The translations under genes were made by a program, and so were the position numbers. DNA of 64,000 nt from Paecilomyces variotii. Lineage: Eukaryota. The notes below the pieces were generated by a model. That model was given only the letters and a program-made list of their open reading frames with translations, made no database searches and was not told the DNA's origin. Location: the NCBI GenBank assembly GCA_004022145.1, contig RCNU01000002.1. One strand, written 5' to 3'. This document shows, in pieces, positions 16,730-30,100 of the stretch (its first letter is position 1; every line of letters begins with the position of its first letter).

Positions 16730-19700
16730 ATGGTGGCTCCGGCCTCGATGGGAGCGAATCTGGCCAACCCTCCTCCGTCCTCGACCTCTCGACAGCCCGC
16801 TCGCACCTCCAGCACCCATCCGTCCCACTCCCATAATGTGCCTCTGAGTGCGAGACGGTCTGCGCCGCTGGACCTGTCGACCGTTGAACGGCGAGGACAA
16901 CCCAACGCGGCGCGAGAACCGGTGAAACGGGTGCGCCCGCATGGCTTGCAGGAGGCTCCAACCTACCGTCCGACGGAGGAGGAGTGGAAGGATCCTAACG
17001 AGTATATCCGTAAGATCGCACCGGAAGGAAAGAAGTACGGCATCTGCAGGATCATTCCTCCGGAGAATTGGAATCCCCCATTTGCGATAGATACAGAGGT
17101 ACGAGTGAATTCGAAAAATGCGGAGGCCCCCCGGGTTGCTGTGGTCTCATCCTTGGTGGCCACGGATTGCTTGCGCGGGCCCGCAAACCCCCCTTTCGCA
17201 GCGTCCTCGGACGGTTCATGCCATGGTTACTGACGCGTAGTGAACGTAGCGATTTCATTTTAAAACCCGTCGACAGGAGCTCAACTCGGTCGAAGGAGGT
17301 ATGCCCCAGCGTTCAGCCAGACCTGCTGCCGGTGGAGGAGATCCGCAGCCCAGTTCTGACCCGGAGCCAGGAACCCGTGCGAACCTGAACTATCTCGATC
17401 AGCTCGCCAAGTTCCATAAGCAGCATGGGACCAACCTCAACCGCTTCCCCAGCGTTGACAAGAGACCCCTCGATCTATACAAATTGAAGAAAGCCGTCGA
17501 GGTCCGGGGTGGCTTCGACCAGGTCTGCAAGCTGAAGAAATGGGCCGAGATAGGTCGTGACCTCGGCTACAGCGGCAAGATCATGTCTTCCCTATCAACC
17601 TCGCTCAAGAACTCATATCAGAGATGGCTACAACCCTACGAGGAGTATCTGCGTGTCGCTAAGCCGAGTGTGCAGCAGCAGCTGGAACTTGAGCACGGTG
17701 GTCCCTACACTCCATCGCCTCATCCGTCACCGATGAACAAAAGGGCTGTATCGGATCACAATACTCCATCGCGTGATTCGCCAGCAATCCGTGCATCTGT
17801 AGCTCTGAACTCCGTACAGGCCGAAGCGACTCCGGACAAGCCGACACCACCGGTGGAACAGCAGCCACCACTTCGCCCCTCCGGTTTCACACCAGTCAAT
17901 GCGAACCCTGGAGGATTTACAGCTGTTAACAAGTCTCCTTCGTTTGTGGCCGTCAACAATGGTCCTACCGCAACAGTCAAACAGGAGGCCGAGAACGGAA
18001 ATCTCACTCCCAAGAGCATAGCTGACCATCCCTCGGCCACTCCCGCGAGCAATGGCCATGGCATCAAGCGTGCCATCAGCCATGACAGCCTGACTGGCGG
18101 CTCTCAGACCGAGAATGGGGATCCTGATGCGAATGGACGTCGCAGTAAGCGTCTAAGAAAAGGTATGTTGCAGGATACTCTTCTCAGCCCAAGCTGTGGG
18201 AAGAGCATTTAAGCGTAGCCCGAAGCGGAAGATAATGACTCGTGAGTCTAGATGCGCCGCCTCCGCCTACCGTTGCTGGATCGCACATGAGCCTGCTACG
18301 ACCGGCTCCGCCTCGGATGCGACAGAACAACGGCAACCGTCGAACAGGTGATGTGAGTTTATATATATATATTTTTTTTTGTTTTTATTTCGTTTGTTTT
18401 CCGTGGAAAGGAGCACCACTAACTGCTATCTAGAAATGTGAAAGCTGCGGCAAGACAGACGACCGTCCATCGATTCTTCTTTGCGACAGTTGTGAGAATG
18501 GTTACCACAGATACTGCCTGGATCCTCCTATTAACTCCGTTCCTGAGTATGATTGGCATTGTCCCAAGTGCCTTGTTGGAACCGGCGAGTTCGGGTTCGA
18601 AGAGGGTGGCGTATACTCCCTCAAGCAATTCCAGGAGAAAGCGAACAACTTTAAGAAGAACTATTTTGCCCCGAAAATGCCATTCGATCCTGTCTTGAAC
18701 ACGCATCGTCGTGAATCAGAAGACGACGTTGAGCGCGAATTCTGGAGACTGGTCGAGAGCTTGACGGAGACTGTTGAAGTTGAATACGGTGCAGATATCC
18801 ACTCCACGACACATGGCAGTGGCTTCCCGACCGTGGAGCGGAATCCTCTTGACCCATACTCTGTCGACCCCTGGAATCTGAACGTGCTTCCTTTCTATGG
18901 CGACTCACTCTTCCGACACATAAAGTCCGATATTTCTGGAATGACTGTGCCTTGGGTCTACGTGGGCATGTGTTTCTCGACTTTTTGTTGGCATAACGAG
19001 GACCACTATGCTTACTCCGCCAATTATCAACATTTTGGTGCCACAAAGACGTGGTATGGTATCCCTGGAGCCGATGCGGAAGCTTTCGAGGAGGCCATGC
19101 GACAGGCGGTTCCGGAACTTTTTGAAGGGCAACCCGACCTCCTCTTCCAGCTTGTGACACTCATGCCACCCGACCAGCTGAAAAAAGCCGGTGTCAACGT
19201 GTATGCTCTCGACCAGAGAGCAGGTCAGCTCGTCATTACATTTCCGCAGGCCTATCACGCCGGATTTAACCACGGATTCAACTTCAACGAGGCTGTCAAT
19301 TTTGCACCCACGGACTGGGAACCCTGGGGCGCCATGGCCATCGAACGGCTGCGGGCATTTAGAAGGCAACCATGCTTTTCTCACGACGAGCTGTTACTGA
19401 CAGCTGCTTCAAGAGATAGCTCTATTAAGACCGCTAAGTGGCTAGCTCCCGCCCTGGAAAGGACTTATAATCGGGAAGTGGAAGAGCGCGCAGCTTTCAT
19501 TAGTCGTCACAAAGAAATAGCCCCGCACAACTGCAAATTGGGTTCGGATGATCCTTCTACCACGGGTGACTGTCAACTGAACTTTGTGGTTGAGGAGAAG
19601 GATCTCCCCGAAGACGATTACCAGTGCAGTTATTGCAAGGTTTACACCTACCTGACGCAATTCCGCTGCCATAAGACGGGAAAGACTATCTGCCTGCTCC

Positions 19701-22323
19701 ATGCTGAGAGTTACGACTGCTGCGGAGAGCCGTTGGCACAACGACTGACGGGACCGGACCATACTCTCCGCTACCGGATGAGCAACGATGCCCTGAAAGC
19801 CGTGATGGACAAGGTCAAGGACCGTGCCAGGATCCCCGAAGCGTGGTCGGAGAAACTCGACAAGGTTCTGGAAGATGAACCGAAACCCCAGCTGAAGGTC
19901 CTCCACAGCTTGCTAAGCGAAGGTGAGAAAATCCCATACCATTTACCTGGCCTTCAAGATCTTGCGGCATTTGTCCAGCGCTGCGACAAGTGGGTAGAAG
20001 AAGCAAATAACTACATCACGCGGAAACAACAGAACCGCAGAAAGAACGAAAAGGCTTGGCGCAAGGGCAATTCCGTGAAGGCCGCGCAGCTGGAAGAACG
20101 CGATCGTGAACTTCGCAGAGTGGAGAATATCCACGCCCTACTTGCAGAGGCTGATAAACTTTCCTTCGACTGTCCACAGATGGCGGCACTGGAAGAGAAG
20201 ACCCGCGAGATCGACAAATTCCGTCAGGAAATTAACGCCGCCCTTAGGAACCCCCACATCCGGTCGGTTCAGGAAGTAGAAGACCTGGTCGAATCGAGCC
20301 GGAATTTCAATGTGGATATCCCCGAAGTAGAAGGACTCGAGCACATCCTACGGCAAATGAAATGGAATGACGAGGCCCGTCGTAAGCGTGACCAGTATCT
20401 GACCCTGAAGGAGTGTCAGGAACTAGTCCAGGCTGGTGAGAAACTTGGTTTGGCTGACAATAATGACCACCTGCTCTTCTTCAAGGAGTTGAGTCGCCAG
20501 GGTGAGACCTGGGAGTCAAAGGCCAAAGAATTGATGTCCGCTGAATCTGTACACTACCAGCAGCTTGAGGCCCTTTCCGCGCAGGCCTCTCGGTTCCCTG
20601 TTTCTCCTGAGATCCTTACTGCCGTCGATGCGATCTTGACAAAGCAACGGGAAGCACAGAAACAGATCCAAGATATCTATGAGAGAAGTAAAGACCCGGA
20701 CTTTCGGAAACGACCCAAGTACAAAGAAGTCCGCGAGTTGATGGAGTCACTTGAGCAACTCAACAGTCGGCCAACCGGGGCGATAGACCTCGAGCGGGAA
20801 CAAAAAAGGCACGAGGACTGGATGAGGAAGGGCAAAAAGCTGTTTGGAAAAGCCAACGCTCCCTTGCACATTCTCAAATCTCATATGCAGTACGTTGAGA
20901 AAAAGAATGCGTCTTGTTTCGATCTTGAAGATAGGTGTCGGCCGCCCGTCGAGCCCGCATCGCGCGAGGGAAGTCCCGATGGCCTTCTGGAAAACCATAG
21001 CAGTGGCATGTGGGGAGGTGGCAAGTCTAGGAAGCGAGACGTCTTCTGCATTTGTAGGCAGTCGGAGGCTGGGATGATGATCGAATGTGAAGTCTGTCAT
21101 GAATGGTAAGTCCCCTTTGATTGACTCGACCCTAGCCCTTAGCGGCGGTCGCGACTAACAACTCTAGGTACCATGGCAAGTGCTTGAAGATCGCTAGAGG
21201 TAAGGTCAAGGAGTTCGACAAGTATACGTGCCCAATCTGTGATTGGCGCCGAAAGATACCTCGCGACGCCGCTCGCCCAAAGATTGAAGATCTCCTGGAT
21301 TGGCAGGCTGAAATCCCATACTTGCCGTTCCAACCCGACGAAGAAGAGGTTTTGGAGAACATAATCAATCAAGCTACTGCCTTCCGGGATTTTCTGCAGA
21401 GCTTCACCAATGCTACTTGCACCACCACGGAGGAAGTTCCGACATTGATATTCTATCTGCGGAAGATTGAGGGAGCTGAAGTTCTTCTCGCTTATGAAAC
21501 CAACTTCTTCCGTCAGGAGATCCATAAATGGGCGCCTGTGGCACCAGAGGCTCCTCCGATCCTCGAGCAGTCGCTCTCAACACGCAAACCTCGCCCTACG
21601 AAGCAACAGAAGATAATGGCTCAACTTGGTGTCGAGCGCCCAGAGGATCTTCCACCCCATCTCCGACCGAAGCAGAATAACGTTGCGAAGCGGAAATCCC
21701 TAGAGTCCCAGACCCCGCGACCACATCCATTGCAACCAGCCTCTCAGTTCAGTTCTGATACGCCAGGAGAACGAGCTCGATCAGTTTCGGCCAGCCATGT
21801 CCCAACATTGAGCGCTTCTAGCACGCAGCAATCCCAGCCCTATCCCTTTTCCGCCAATTATTCGCTCGTCGCGAGTGATCCTACTCCAGCATTTGCAGCT
21901 GGATCTTCAGATTTCTTACCTGCCTCTCACGTCCGTTCGCCTACTTTTGCTCCACGTTCTCCGTCACACCATCAAGGTCTAGATCAGCCGCTGTTTAGCC
22001 CACCGAGCTTCAATCGCGATCAAAACGATGGCCCTTCAGGTGTTGACATGGATGGCAACAATCCGTTCGGAAGCAGCCCTCGCCAGAACTTGGATGATGT
22101 CTTTGCCGATCTCACAAATCAGGACCCAGACCCGGAACCGGAGCCTGAGATGATGGAAAACACTCATGCCAATGAAGCTTTGGAGGTGTTGGATGCGAGC
22201 AACAGTGGAGAGCACTCTGCGTCTCCTGAGCAGGCCAACGATGAAGCTGGCGAGAAGGGCTTGGCAAACGGTAATGCCGATGGCCGTGAAGATGCCGCGC
22301 GGAATGCAGAGGATGACTTCTAG
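16730..22323 (+). CDS. kdmB: KDM5/JARID1-type H3K4 demethylase (JmjN, ARID, PHD, JmjC, C5HC2 zinc finger, PLU-1, PHD), 6 exons
   Basis: Jmj[15 protein letters not shown]...[38 protein letters not shown]...[16 protein letters not shown]; JmjC WHNEDH and [12 protein letters not shown]; second PHD FCICRQ...[15 protein letters not shown]. Confidence 0.95.
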
Positions 22324-23025
22324 TCAAACCAGTCATTCTGTAATTCGTGTGCTCTATCTGCTTCTTTTCAGTTCCTACTCTGGCTTGCATCACACCCCTC
22401 CAAATGCTCAACTGGGTTACATCGCTTGTTTCCTGGGCCGTTCTGTGGAAGCATATCTGCTTCCTTCTCACTATTCCTATCGCATTATGTCGATGGGTTG
22501 CTCGATTTTTGCACTTCGTGATACTCCACTTTGTCACTTCTGCTTTTTAAGACACCTCCTGTTCCGATACGTTTGATGATGTAGGGTGTTGCGGGGTCGA
22601 ACATACTAGGTGGCTCTAGCCTTCTATACACGGTTTCTTTTTCTGCCTTGAAAATCTTGTCTGCTTGTTACTCGTATGAGTGTCTATTTTGCCTTTGAGC
22701 ATGATGAGTGTTGCCTTCGTGGAACTTTTTGCTTCTATATGTCCATGTAAACCTATGTGGTGATGACACGGGTTCAGGCGGGGGAATGTCGGGGGTGTCA
22801 AGGTTGTGCTTATTTGTCTGATTCTTGTTGCAGAGTTGCTCGGATTTTTACCTCCTTCCTCCCTTTTTACCTTGAATCGACTGGCTTCCGATTAGGTATT
22901 GAGTGTAATATTACTGGATTTATCAACAGACAAAGAAATAAATGTGTATGATTAGCTATCTTATTTCATCAAGCCCAATGTCACCCAAACAGTCGTGCTC
23001 GACGATCTCCCTTTCAGAACTGTCT

Positions 23026-24456
23026 TTATGCATCGGAATAAGCTGCCAATGCAGATTGTCCTCCGGTATGTATAAACAATACATTCAATTCTTTGCTGTT
23101 TACGGTCGCACCACTTCGCGCAGACCAATCTCGAACAATCTCCCCGCTTTCCACCCAATGTAACAAGCCCCGAAGAGTCTTGCCTGTATAGACAGGATCA
23201 CCAATGAGGCCGTCCGTTTGCGCCACCCTATTTAAGGCAGCCTTCGTATCTGGATCTAGCTGTCCATACGCGGAGCCCACGAAACGATCATCAAGTCGGA
23301 CATCGTCCAGGGAGATATCGTTCTGAGGCTCAAGTCCAATCATCCCCCCCGCAGTGCGAGCGAAGCGAACAACGCGTTCTTCATGATATGGCTTTGGTTT
23401 TGTTGGAGAACTCATAATACCGATGATCTGGCGCTTAGGGAACTGTTTTCCGTCTTCACTTTGTCTTTCTTCTTCTCGCGTCTTTTCCAGCAACTCGAAG
23501 CCGGCGATCAATCCAGCTACGGTACTGCCACTGCCAAACGAGACGAAGATATAGTCGAACTGTCCACTTCCCTTCAATGTTCCGCGTTGAGACTCCTCAA
23601 GTTCCTGCTTCGCGATTTCGAATGCACAACGTGCGTAACCCAGACCACCGAGATGATGCAGGCTTGCACCCGAAGGGATCCAGTACGGGACATGCCCCTT
23701 GACGCGTAGATCCTGCAAAATAGGTTCGACTGGGTCTTTATCGTCGGCGGCTTCATCCGGTTCCAGCATCCTAACCTCTGCACCGAGCATGCGTACCACC
23801 TGCACGTTACCCGTTTGCTGGAACACCTCTGGATTAGTTGTCGAACGCAATCCACCGCCTGTGCCCTTGTGAAGAAGCACGACGGCCTTGAGCCCAAGAA
23901 TCGCAGCTACAGAAGCAACTTGTACTGTGTGATTGCTTTGTATAGCGCCTTCGGTCACGAGCGTCGTCACTTTCCTTCCGTCTTCCTGTGGACGGAGGAT
24001 GTCCGGGACGATGTATTCGAGTTTGCGATACTTGTTCCCGGAGCAAGCGAGTGGAGAGCCGTGGTCTTCTCGTTTGCACCATATGTTTATGCGTGGATGT
24101 GAACTCGAGTTTGGGACATCGGTCGTGTCTTTTGCGTTTGCTGCATCCGTGGCGGATGCGGAGAGATGAGGGAGTGGATGGATCGGAGAGGGATGGAGGT
24201 ATTGTAGCGGATATAGAGGGATTTCAGAGAAAGGGGATGGGAGATCTAAACTCGACATATCTGCACGATGAGAGAGGTGATTGTAGGGGTTTCTTGACGC
24301 GAATGTGGCTTTTTGGATGTAAGATACGAAGGTAGTAGAAGAAGAGGAAGAAAAAGGAAGATACTGGCTGCTGTATTGAGATGGGGACGTGGAGATGCTA
24401 AGACCTCTATTGATCAAGAGGCTATTATACACTGTACGGGTGCGATATCTATACAT
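23026..24456 (-). CDS. PLP-dependent ACC deaminase / D-cysteine desulfhydrase family protein (start uncertain: 24456 or 24258)
   Basis: WCKRED, SGNKYRKLEY (PLP lysine), GAIQSNH, GNVQVVRMLGA, IPSGAS, GSGSTVAG, DPVYTGK, FIHTGG. Intronless. Confidence 0.9.
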   Translation of the reverse strand: MYRYRTRTVYNSLLINRGLSISTSPSQYSSQYLPFSSSSSTTFVSYIQKATFASRNPYNHLSHRADMSSLDLPSPFSEIPLYPLQYLHPSPIHPLPHLSASATDAANAKDTTDVPNSSSHPRINIWCKREDHGSPLACSGNKYRKLEYIVPDILRPQEDGRKVTTLVTEGAIQSNHTVQVASVAAILGLKAVVLLHKGTGGGLRSTTNPEVFQQTGNVQVVRMLGAEVRMLEPDEAADDKDPVEPILQDLRVKGHVPYWIPSGASLHHLGGLGYARCAFEIAKQELEESQRGTLKGSGQFDYIFVSFGSGSTVAGLIAGFELLEKTREEERQSEDGKQFPKRQIIGIMSSPTKPKPYHEERVVRFARTAGGMIGLEPQNDISLDDVRLDDRFVGSAYGQLDPDTKAALNRVAQTDGLIGDPVYTGKTLRGLLHWVESGEIVRDWSARSGATVNSKELNVLFIHTGGQSALAAYSDA

Positions 24457-24807
24457 TGCAAAAAGGACAACTGAACTATAGCGACATTGGGGTCGATGTC
24501 GATAGTTAACAGAGCATGGAGAGCGATGTGGGGAAAGATGATACCATCGCGGGGAAAGGAGGAATCTATCAAGATCAGAGACTGACTGCGCGCCAGTCTG
24601 TTTGCTGCCAACATGCCTTTTCCTTTCCCAGACCCATCTCCATCCCCATCTATAGCTCCTCTCCTTGTTTTTATATTCTAAATTGCATGTAAATGAAACT
24701 TCACTATCACGATCCGATAAAATGATGGACCAACGTAAGGCGGTGAGCTGTGATTCTGCCATTGTGTGACATCAGAGAAAAAAGGACCAACTGCGAGATA
24801 AATAACG

Positions 24808-26454
24808 ATGTTCCATAAGAATCATATCACCAGGAAGACTCTCAGTGCCCTTAGAAATTTCCATGGACGCATCTGGCCCAGGTACAGACCATTGAACTTG
24901 ATCAGACCTTTCTCCTTTCCGACCATGTCAACCGACGTTTCGTCTCGTGTCGGTCTGCTAGAGTTCCTCAGGCGATCCCACGCCCTTCAAGCGCAATATA
25001 TCGCCGGCCATGCTTCCTCCTCTGCTCCCATCCATGTCCTGGGAAACACGTCTGCAGACCTAGACTCGATTATCTCCGCGATAACATACTCCTATTTCGC
25101 CAATGGCCGCGTTCCCTCTGGGAAAGGAAGACCGCATGTCCCCCTCATAAACCTCATCGATGTCCCCTCAGGATCGGAACTCCGTCGGTTGCGTCCAGAG
25201 TTCGTGACCGCTTTATGGTGGGCGACAAATACGGACATATCAGAATCAGCAAACTGGCAGATTGACGGGCACCAAGCGGCGAATTTCCTCCGGGAGCGTC
25301 TGCTTACGATTATGGACCTCAAGGCACTGTTGCGAGAACACGAGCGCGCAGAGGGCGGTAGACTCAAAGAATGGAACTTCGACACGACATTAGTTGATTG
25401 GAATGCGCTACCTCTGCGATCAAAGGATGGGAAACCTGGAAGAGGCTCGATTGAGAACCTGCTGGATGTCCATTTCGACGTGGTCGGCTGCATTGACCAC
25501 CATGTCGATGAGGACTTTGTGCCTCCGGCAGATTCGCTTCCTGCTGATAATCTGCGGATCGTCCAGCCGGGGCCAGGGTCATGTACATCGCTCGTTGTGA
25601 GGGAACTGCGATCGCGAGGTCTTTGGTCCGACAAACCGGCTGCGGATCTATACGGGGCTGTGGGATCTGTCGGGCCTGAGAACGCAGCTGCGATTTACGA
25701 AGCCCAGGTTGCTAAACTCGCACTGGCTGCAATCCTGATAGACACAACGAATCTCACCTCTGAAGGGAAGGTAACAGATGTCGACCGCGACGCAGTCGCG
25801 TTTCTGGAGACGAAGATTGAGCACGGGTATTCGATACATCGTTCCTTGCAAACCGCCCAGCATCCTCAGTGGAGTCGTAACGCTTTTTTCGATGCTATAC
25901 AATCTGCAAAACAAAACAGCCTTGACTTTCTCACGACCGAAGAGATACTGGGTCGAGACTATAAAGAATGGATGGAAACGTCTTCTACATCAGGCACTTC
26001 CATCCGTCTGGGAATGTGCTCTGTTGTGAAACCTATCTCGTGGCTAGTCGAAAAGGCCAGTACCTCTACCAGTTCCACTATTCGGGATCAAACCAAACAA
26101 CTCCTCAGTGACATTCAGGACTTCTCCCAAACGAGAGAATTAGATGTCGTTGCGATTATGACCGCATTCGTCGACGCGAACGGTCAGTTTCAGCGGGAAC
26201 TGCTAGTCTGGTCAGTGAACACCGAGGAGGGTATCCAAAGGTTGGTTAGGCGATTTGCAGAACAATCCTCTAAAGAACTAGAACTAGAGGACTGGACCGA
26301 CGGTGATAAACCCACCGTGGCTGAAGAAATCCGTAGCATTCTCAACAGCGACACATCTTCCACAACGGGATGGAGACATCTCTGGCATCAGAGGGATCTA
26401 GCAAAGAGCCGAAAACAAGTCGCGCCGCTGCTGAGAAAAGCAATTTCCACTTAA
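24808..26454 (+). CDS. ppx1: DHH-family exopolyphosphatase (Ppx1/Prune-like); alternative start at about 24925
   Basis: GNTSADLDS, LVDWN, CIDHH, GSCTSLV, AILIDT, RDYKEW and C-terminal KSRKQVAPLL (DHHA2 domain). Confidence 0.88.
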   Translation: MFHKNHITRKTLSALRNFHGRIWPRYRPLNLIRPFSFPTMSTDVSSRVGLLEFLRRSHALQAQYIAGHASSSAPIHVLGNTSADLDSIISAITYSYFANGRVPSGKGRPHVPLINLIDVPSGSELRRLRPEFVTALWWATNTDISESANWQIDGHQAANFLRERLLTIMDLKALLREHERAEGGRLKEWNFDTTLVDWNALPLRSKDGKPGRGSIENLLDVHFDVVGCIDHHVDEDFVPPADSLPADNLRIVQPGPGSCTSLVVRELRSRGLWSDKPAADLYGAVGSVGPENAAAIYEAQVAKLALAAILIDTTNLTSEGKVTDVDRDAVAFLETKIEHGYSIHRSLQTAQHPQWSRNAFFDAIQSAKQNSLDFLTTEEILGRDYKEWMETSSTSGTSIRLGMCSVVKPISWLVEKASTSTSSTIRDQTKQLLSDIQDFSQTRELDVVAIMTAFVDANGQFQRELLVWSVNTEEGIQRLVRRFAEQSSKELELEDWTDGDKPTVAEEIRSILNSDTSSTTGWRHLWHQRDLAKSRKQVAPLLRKAIST

Positions 26455-27168
26455 TAGTTATACAGCTTATACCACCATAATGAGAAAGAACTAGCCTCTT
26501 GAAAGCCAATACAACATACTGCGACTACTGCTTTAAAACCCGAGATTACGCCATATAACTATCACGCGCCAGAGCGGAAAAAGCTGAGACATAAAAAAAA
26601 GTCATTTTTGGTAACTTTTTGAATTTTGAACACTGACAAATAAGGTTTTCCTTAATGACACCGAAGCTTGCCATGCAATCCTGATCTTACAGATGCAATG
26701 CGTTCAGACCAAGAGAAATGAAAGGGCCTATCCCACCCAAAAGAAAGGGAATCATGCCCCCGAAAAGAAAAGAAACATGATAATGATAATGATGCAACCT
26801 TGCAACTCCGAAAATGTATGGGCCGGCTCATAAAGCAGGAAAAGAAGTGGGCAATGCTGCAAATTCCAACACAGGAAAAAAGAAAGAAAAGAAAAGAAAA
26901 GAAACCTCAAGGCCAGAACCTGCACCTAGTATGAGCACATATTGATACGCTTATCCCTCCCGTTCCGCGACCACTTGTGATGACAAGGTCCCTGGTCCTC
27001 AGCACTGGCTGAAATAGAAGCTTGTCAAGAAAGTAAACAGAAATCACATGAAGGAAACATGTACCATCACCGAAAACCGAAACGATGCTGCTAAAATCGA
27101 AACATTACAAACATGGCCAAAAAAGAAAAACAAATAAGTGACATCGAATATGCAACGGTTCTGTCAGA

Positions 27169-30100
27169 TCAGTAGCACTCCCATTCACAAAAGACGCACC
27201 ACCGGGCACTTCTGTCGGCCAGCACCAGGCCACGCCAGACTCCCCGTTCTCCAATCTTGATGACAGTTTCCCATACGCTGCCATCGGCTGCACCGTCCGC
27301 TGGAGAATCCGCGCCGTTGGCGGCGCTGATCATGTGATCGGCCTTCCGAGTCAATCTGAGGATTTTGCCTGATGGTGATTGAATCGCCAGCTTAGCGGGC
27401 TTCTCACGACCCTGGGTTGACTTGGAGGATGAAAGGGCGGACGTCGAGGCAGAGAACTCGTGGGATGCAGAAGAGGTGGTTGAACCGGCGGCGCTAGATG
27501 CCATACTCAATGCGCTAGATGGCCTGCCAAAGGCACTATGGGGTCGTGAGAAAAGCGATGGCGAGACTCGTCCGTCGGAATTGTCTTCGCTACCAGTAGA
27601 TTGTAGCAAAGAAGGATGTTGGCGGACCGCGAAGACAAAAGTGTTATTGATCGCAAGCCTTCCACACTGAGGCTGCATGACGTACAGATCGTGACGCTGG
27701 GCATGAGGCGTAGGATGGCGAACGAGGAACTCGTAAGGGGGGTTCTCGCCAGTATGGATGATGGGAAGAGAGAGCGCAAGCGGATGAGGGATATCCCTAG
27801 TGGAGTGCATGAGACCCTTCTTGCCTGCATAGATCTTCAGGACCCCATGGCCTTCGTCACCTGGCAGGACTGCCTTAATAGTAAATCTTTTCTGACCACC
27901 AATCCAGTCAGGCTGAACCAAAGCCCTCTTCCTTACCACGTCACCGCTCTCGAAGAAATCACCGTCTGCATCCCTGGCAAAGGCTGGGGCCTCTACCTCA
28001 GCCGCACACTCAACGTCCGCAGGGACCAGAATTCGAATCTGCATTACCTCGAGGCCTTCGATCCTGACCAGACTAGTGTCGTAATTGGGCATTTGGAGAC
28101 CGTTCTTGAAGTAGGGAGGACAGGCCGCAGGAAGCGCCAGGAGGACGTCAGGCGAAATAGGAGGACAAATGTGCTGTTCTTCAGGATACAAAGGCACGTG
28201 TGTATAACAAATCTCGAGGGGCCGTGCCAGAAAATACCAGCTTTCGGCGGATTGGGAATTCGTAGTGACGAAATTGTTCCTTATGGGATTTGTATGGCTT
28301 GCAAGGGAGCAATCCATTATACGCCATTCTCCGTCGACTAGAATCGCATTCCACCAGTGATTCGGTCTCTCCAGACTGTCCAATTCGGACAGTTCCCCAG
28401 GAGTCTTGAGGAATCCTCTGATAACTTCCGCATGTAGTCCGACAGCCGCGCACATTTCTCTCACGAGTATGGCAACTTCTTGCGGACTGCCTCTCCTAGA
28501 ATTTATGACTCTCCTCATGTCGATATCCACGTCGTCCTCAATGGGTTCATCCCATGCTATCTTTTCACTGACCCACGTGAATATAGCACGAAGTCTTTGG
28601 ACGTCACTCTTATAGGGCCGACAGACATAGCCCTGAGCTAGACTTGCGGGGTTAGTCATCGGCGGCAAGCTGTTGACAAACCGGGCGCTCTTGTCCACCA
28701 GGTTGAGGTTAACCGCACCCCAGTTCGTTGGCTCACTAAGAGGTAATCCATCAATGCCTTCGTCGCCTTCTGCCGTCTCGTAGAGCTCCTCGACAGCATA
28801 GATGACAGGATGATCCATCATTTGGCATCGTTCGGCCCTCTCAACTCGTTCATTCGAACTCGGGGAAGTTGCACGGTTAACATCCCGCCGAACTTGCACC
28901 CAGTCAACACTTCCAGGGCCGCCTAGTCCCATTTCTCGGGAAGCATCCTTGCCATGGATAGTGGCTGAGGAGATAGCTTCGGGGAATCTCAGCTTTGTGG
29001 GCGAGGGGGAACCGCCACTTTGACCTACTGAGATGCTGCTCCGAGCGGAAGCCGCTCCTGTCTTCGCAGATTCGATGATTTTCTTGAAGAATCCCGTCTT
29101 CTTGGATTTCGGAGTCGAAAGTCCTCCAAACACGCCTGGAGATTCGGCGACAGAGCTGTTTGCTGGAGAAGACCAAGGTATCGCTGATGATGCCCCCTGC
29201 CTTGAAGTATTATGGCTCGAATGGTACGAGACCCCGGTGAGAGGCGTCTGGGGTCTCGAGCCAGCCTTTCCTAAATCGCTGAAGCCTCTTGGGCGAGCCG
29301 TATCCATAGCTGTATTCGGTCTCTCGCTGAAGCTTCCAATCTTTCCCCTTCTAGCAAAGCTACCTGCACTTGTAGCACTGAGGCCTCCTGCAGAAGGTCC
29401 GCTCATCACACTCTGACTTGTCTTCCCGGTGCTTGTCGTTCCATTTGTGGTGGTGCTCTGCACGCCGCTCGATGAGTTTGTTGTATTTGACTTGTTTGTG
29501 AGAGTACGGTTCAGGACGTTTCTTCCAAGGTCCACTCCTGATTTGCGGGCCCTGAGTTGCGGCTGAGGTGCAGGAATCGAGTGGTATCTTCCACGAGGGG
29601 GGGGCGGGGGACCCATGTCCTCCGAAGGATCCTGCATGCTATCGACGGATTCCCCATTCTGCTCGTGCAGCTGCCTTAGCCGACTTTCCATTCTCTGCAC
29701 ATAGTTACTGAGTTGGGGTGGGCCATCATGATATCTGTCAGGGAAGTTATGGCTGTTTTCATAATTGTTCCCCTCGGGATACGGATCGGTGTCGCCACCA
29801 AGACCCAACGATGTTAGGGGACGAGCATTAACACGCGATGGACTCCTGTCACGCAGAGCATCAAAAGCATCCGGAGACCAAGGATTGGCAAAGGTCGGCG
29901 GAGGGGACGGAGAGTGGCCCTCTCGCGGAAGACCCATATCTTGCAACGAAGTCATCACATCTTCCATAGCGTCCCTTAAAGGGGAGGGGGTATGGCCATT
30001 GATTTCCGGCGACGGAGGAATTGGTGAGGGCGTTCTAGATACAGCCAGATACCGGTCATTCATCTCCAACGGAGCGGGAGCCGAAACATCGTTCCGCGTC

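Noticed and set aside
24457-24762. Upstream 102-codon extension of the PLP-enzyme ORF (MAESQ...)
   Set aside because: It would leave only about 45 bp to the divergent ppx1 ATG, and the translation does not look protein-like.
27616-28341. 241-aa antisense ORF inside cyk3, and similar shadow ORFs inside pcpA, kdmB and the PKS
   Set aside because: These are antisense shadows of long coding regions with no recognisable motifs.
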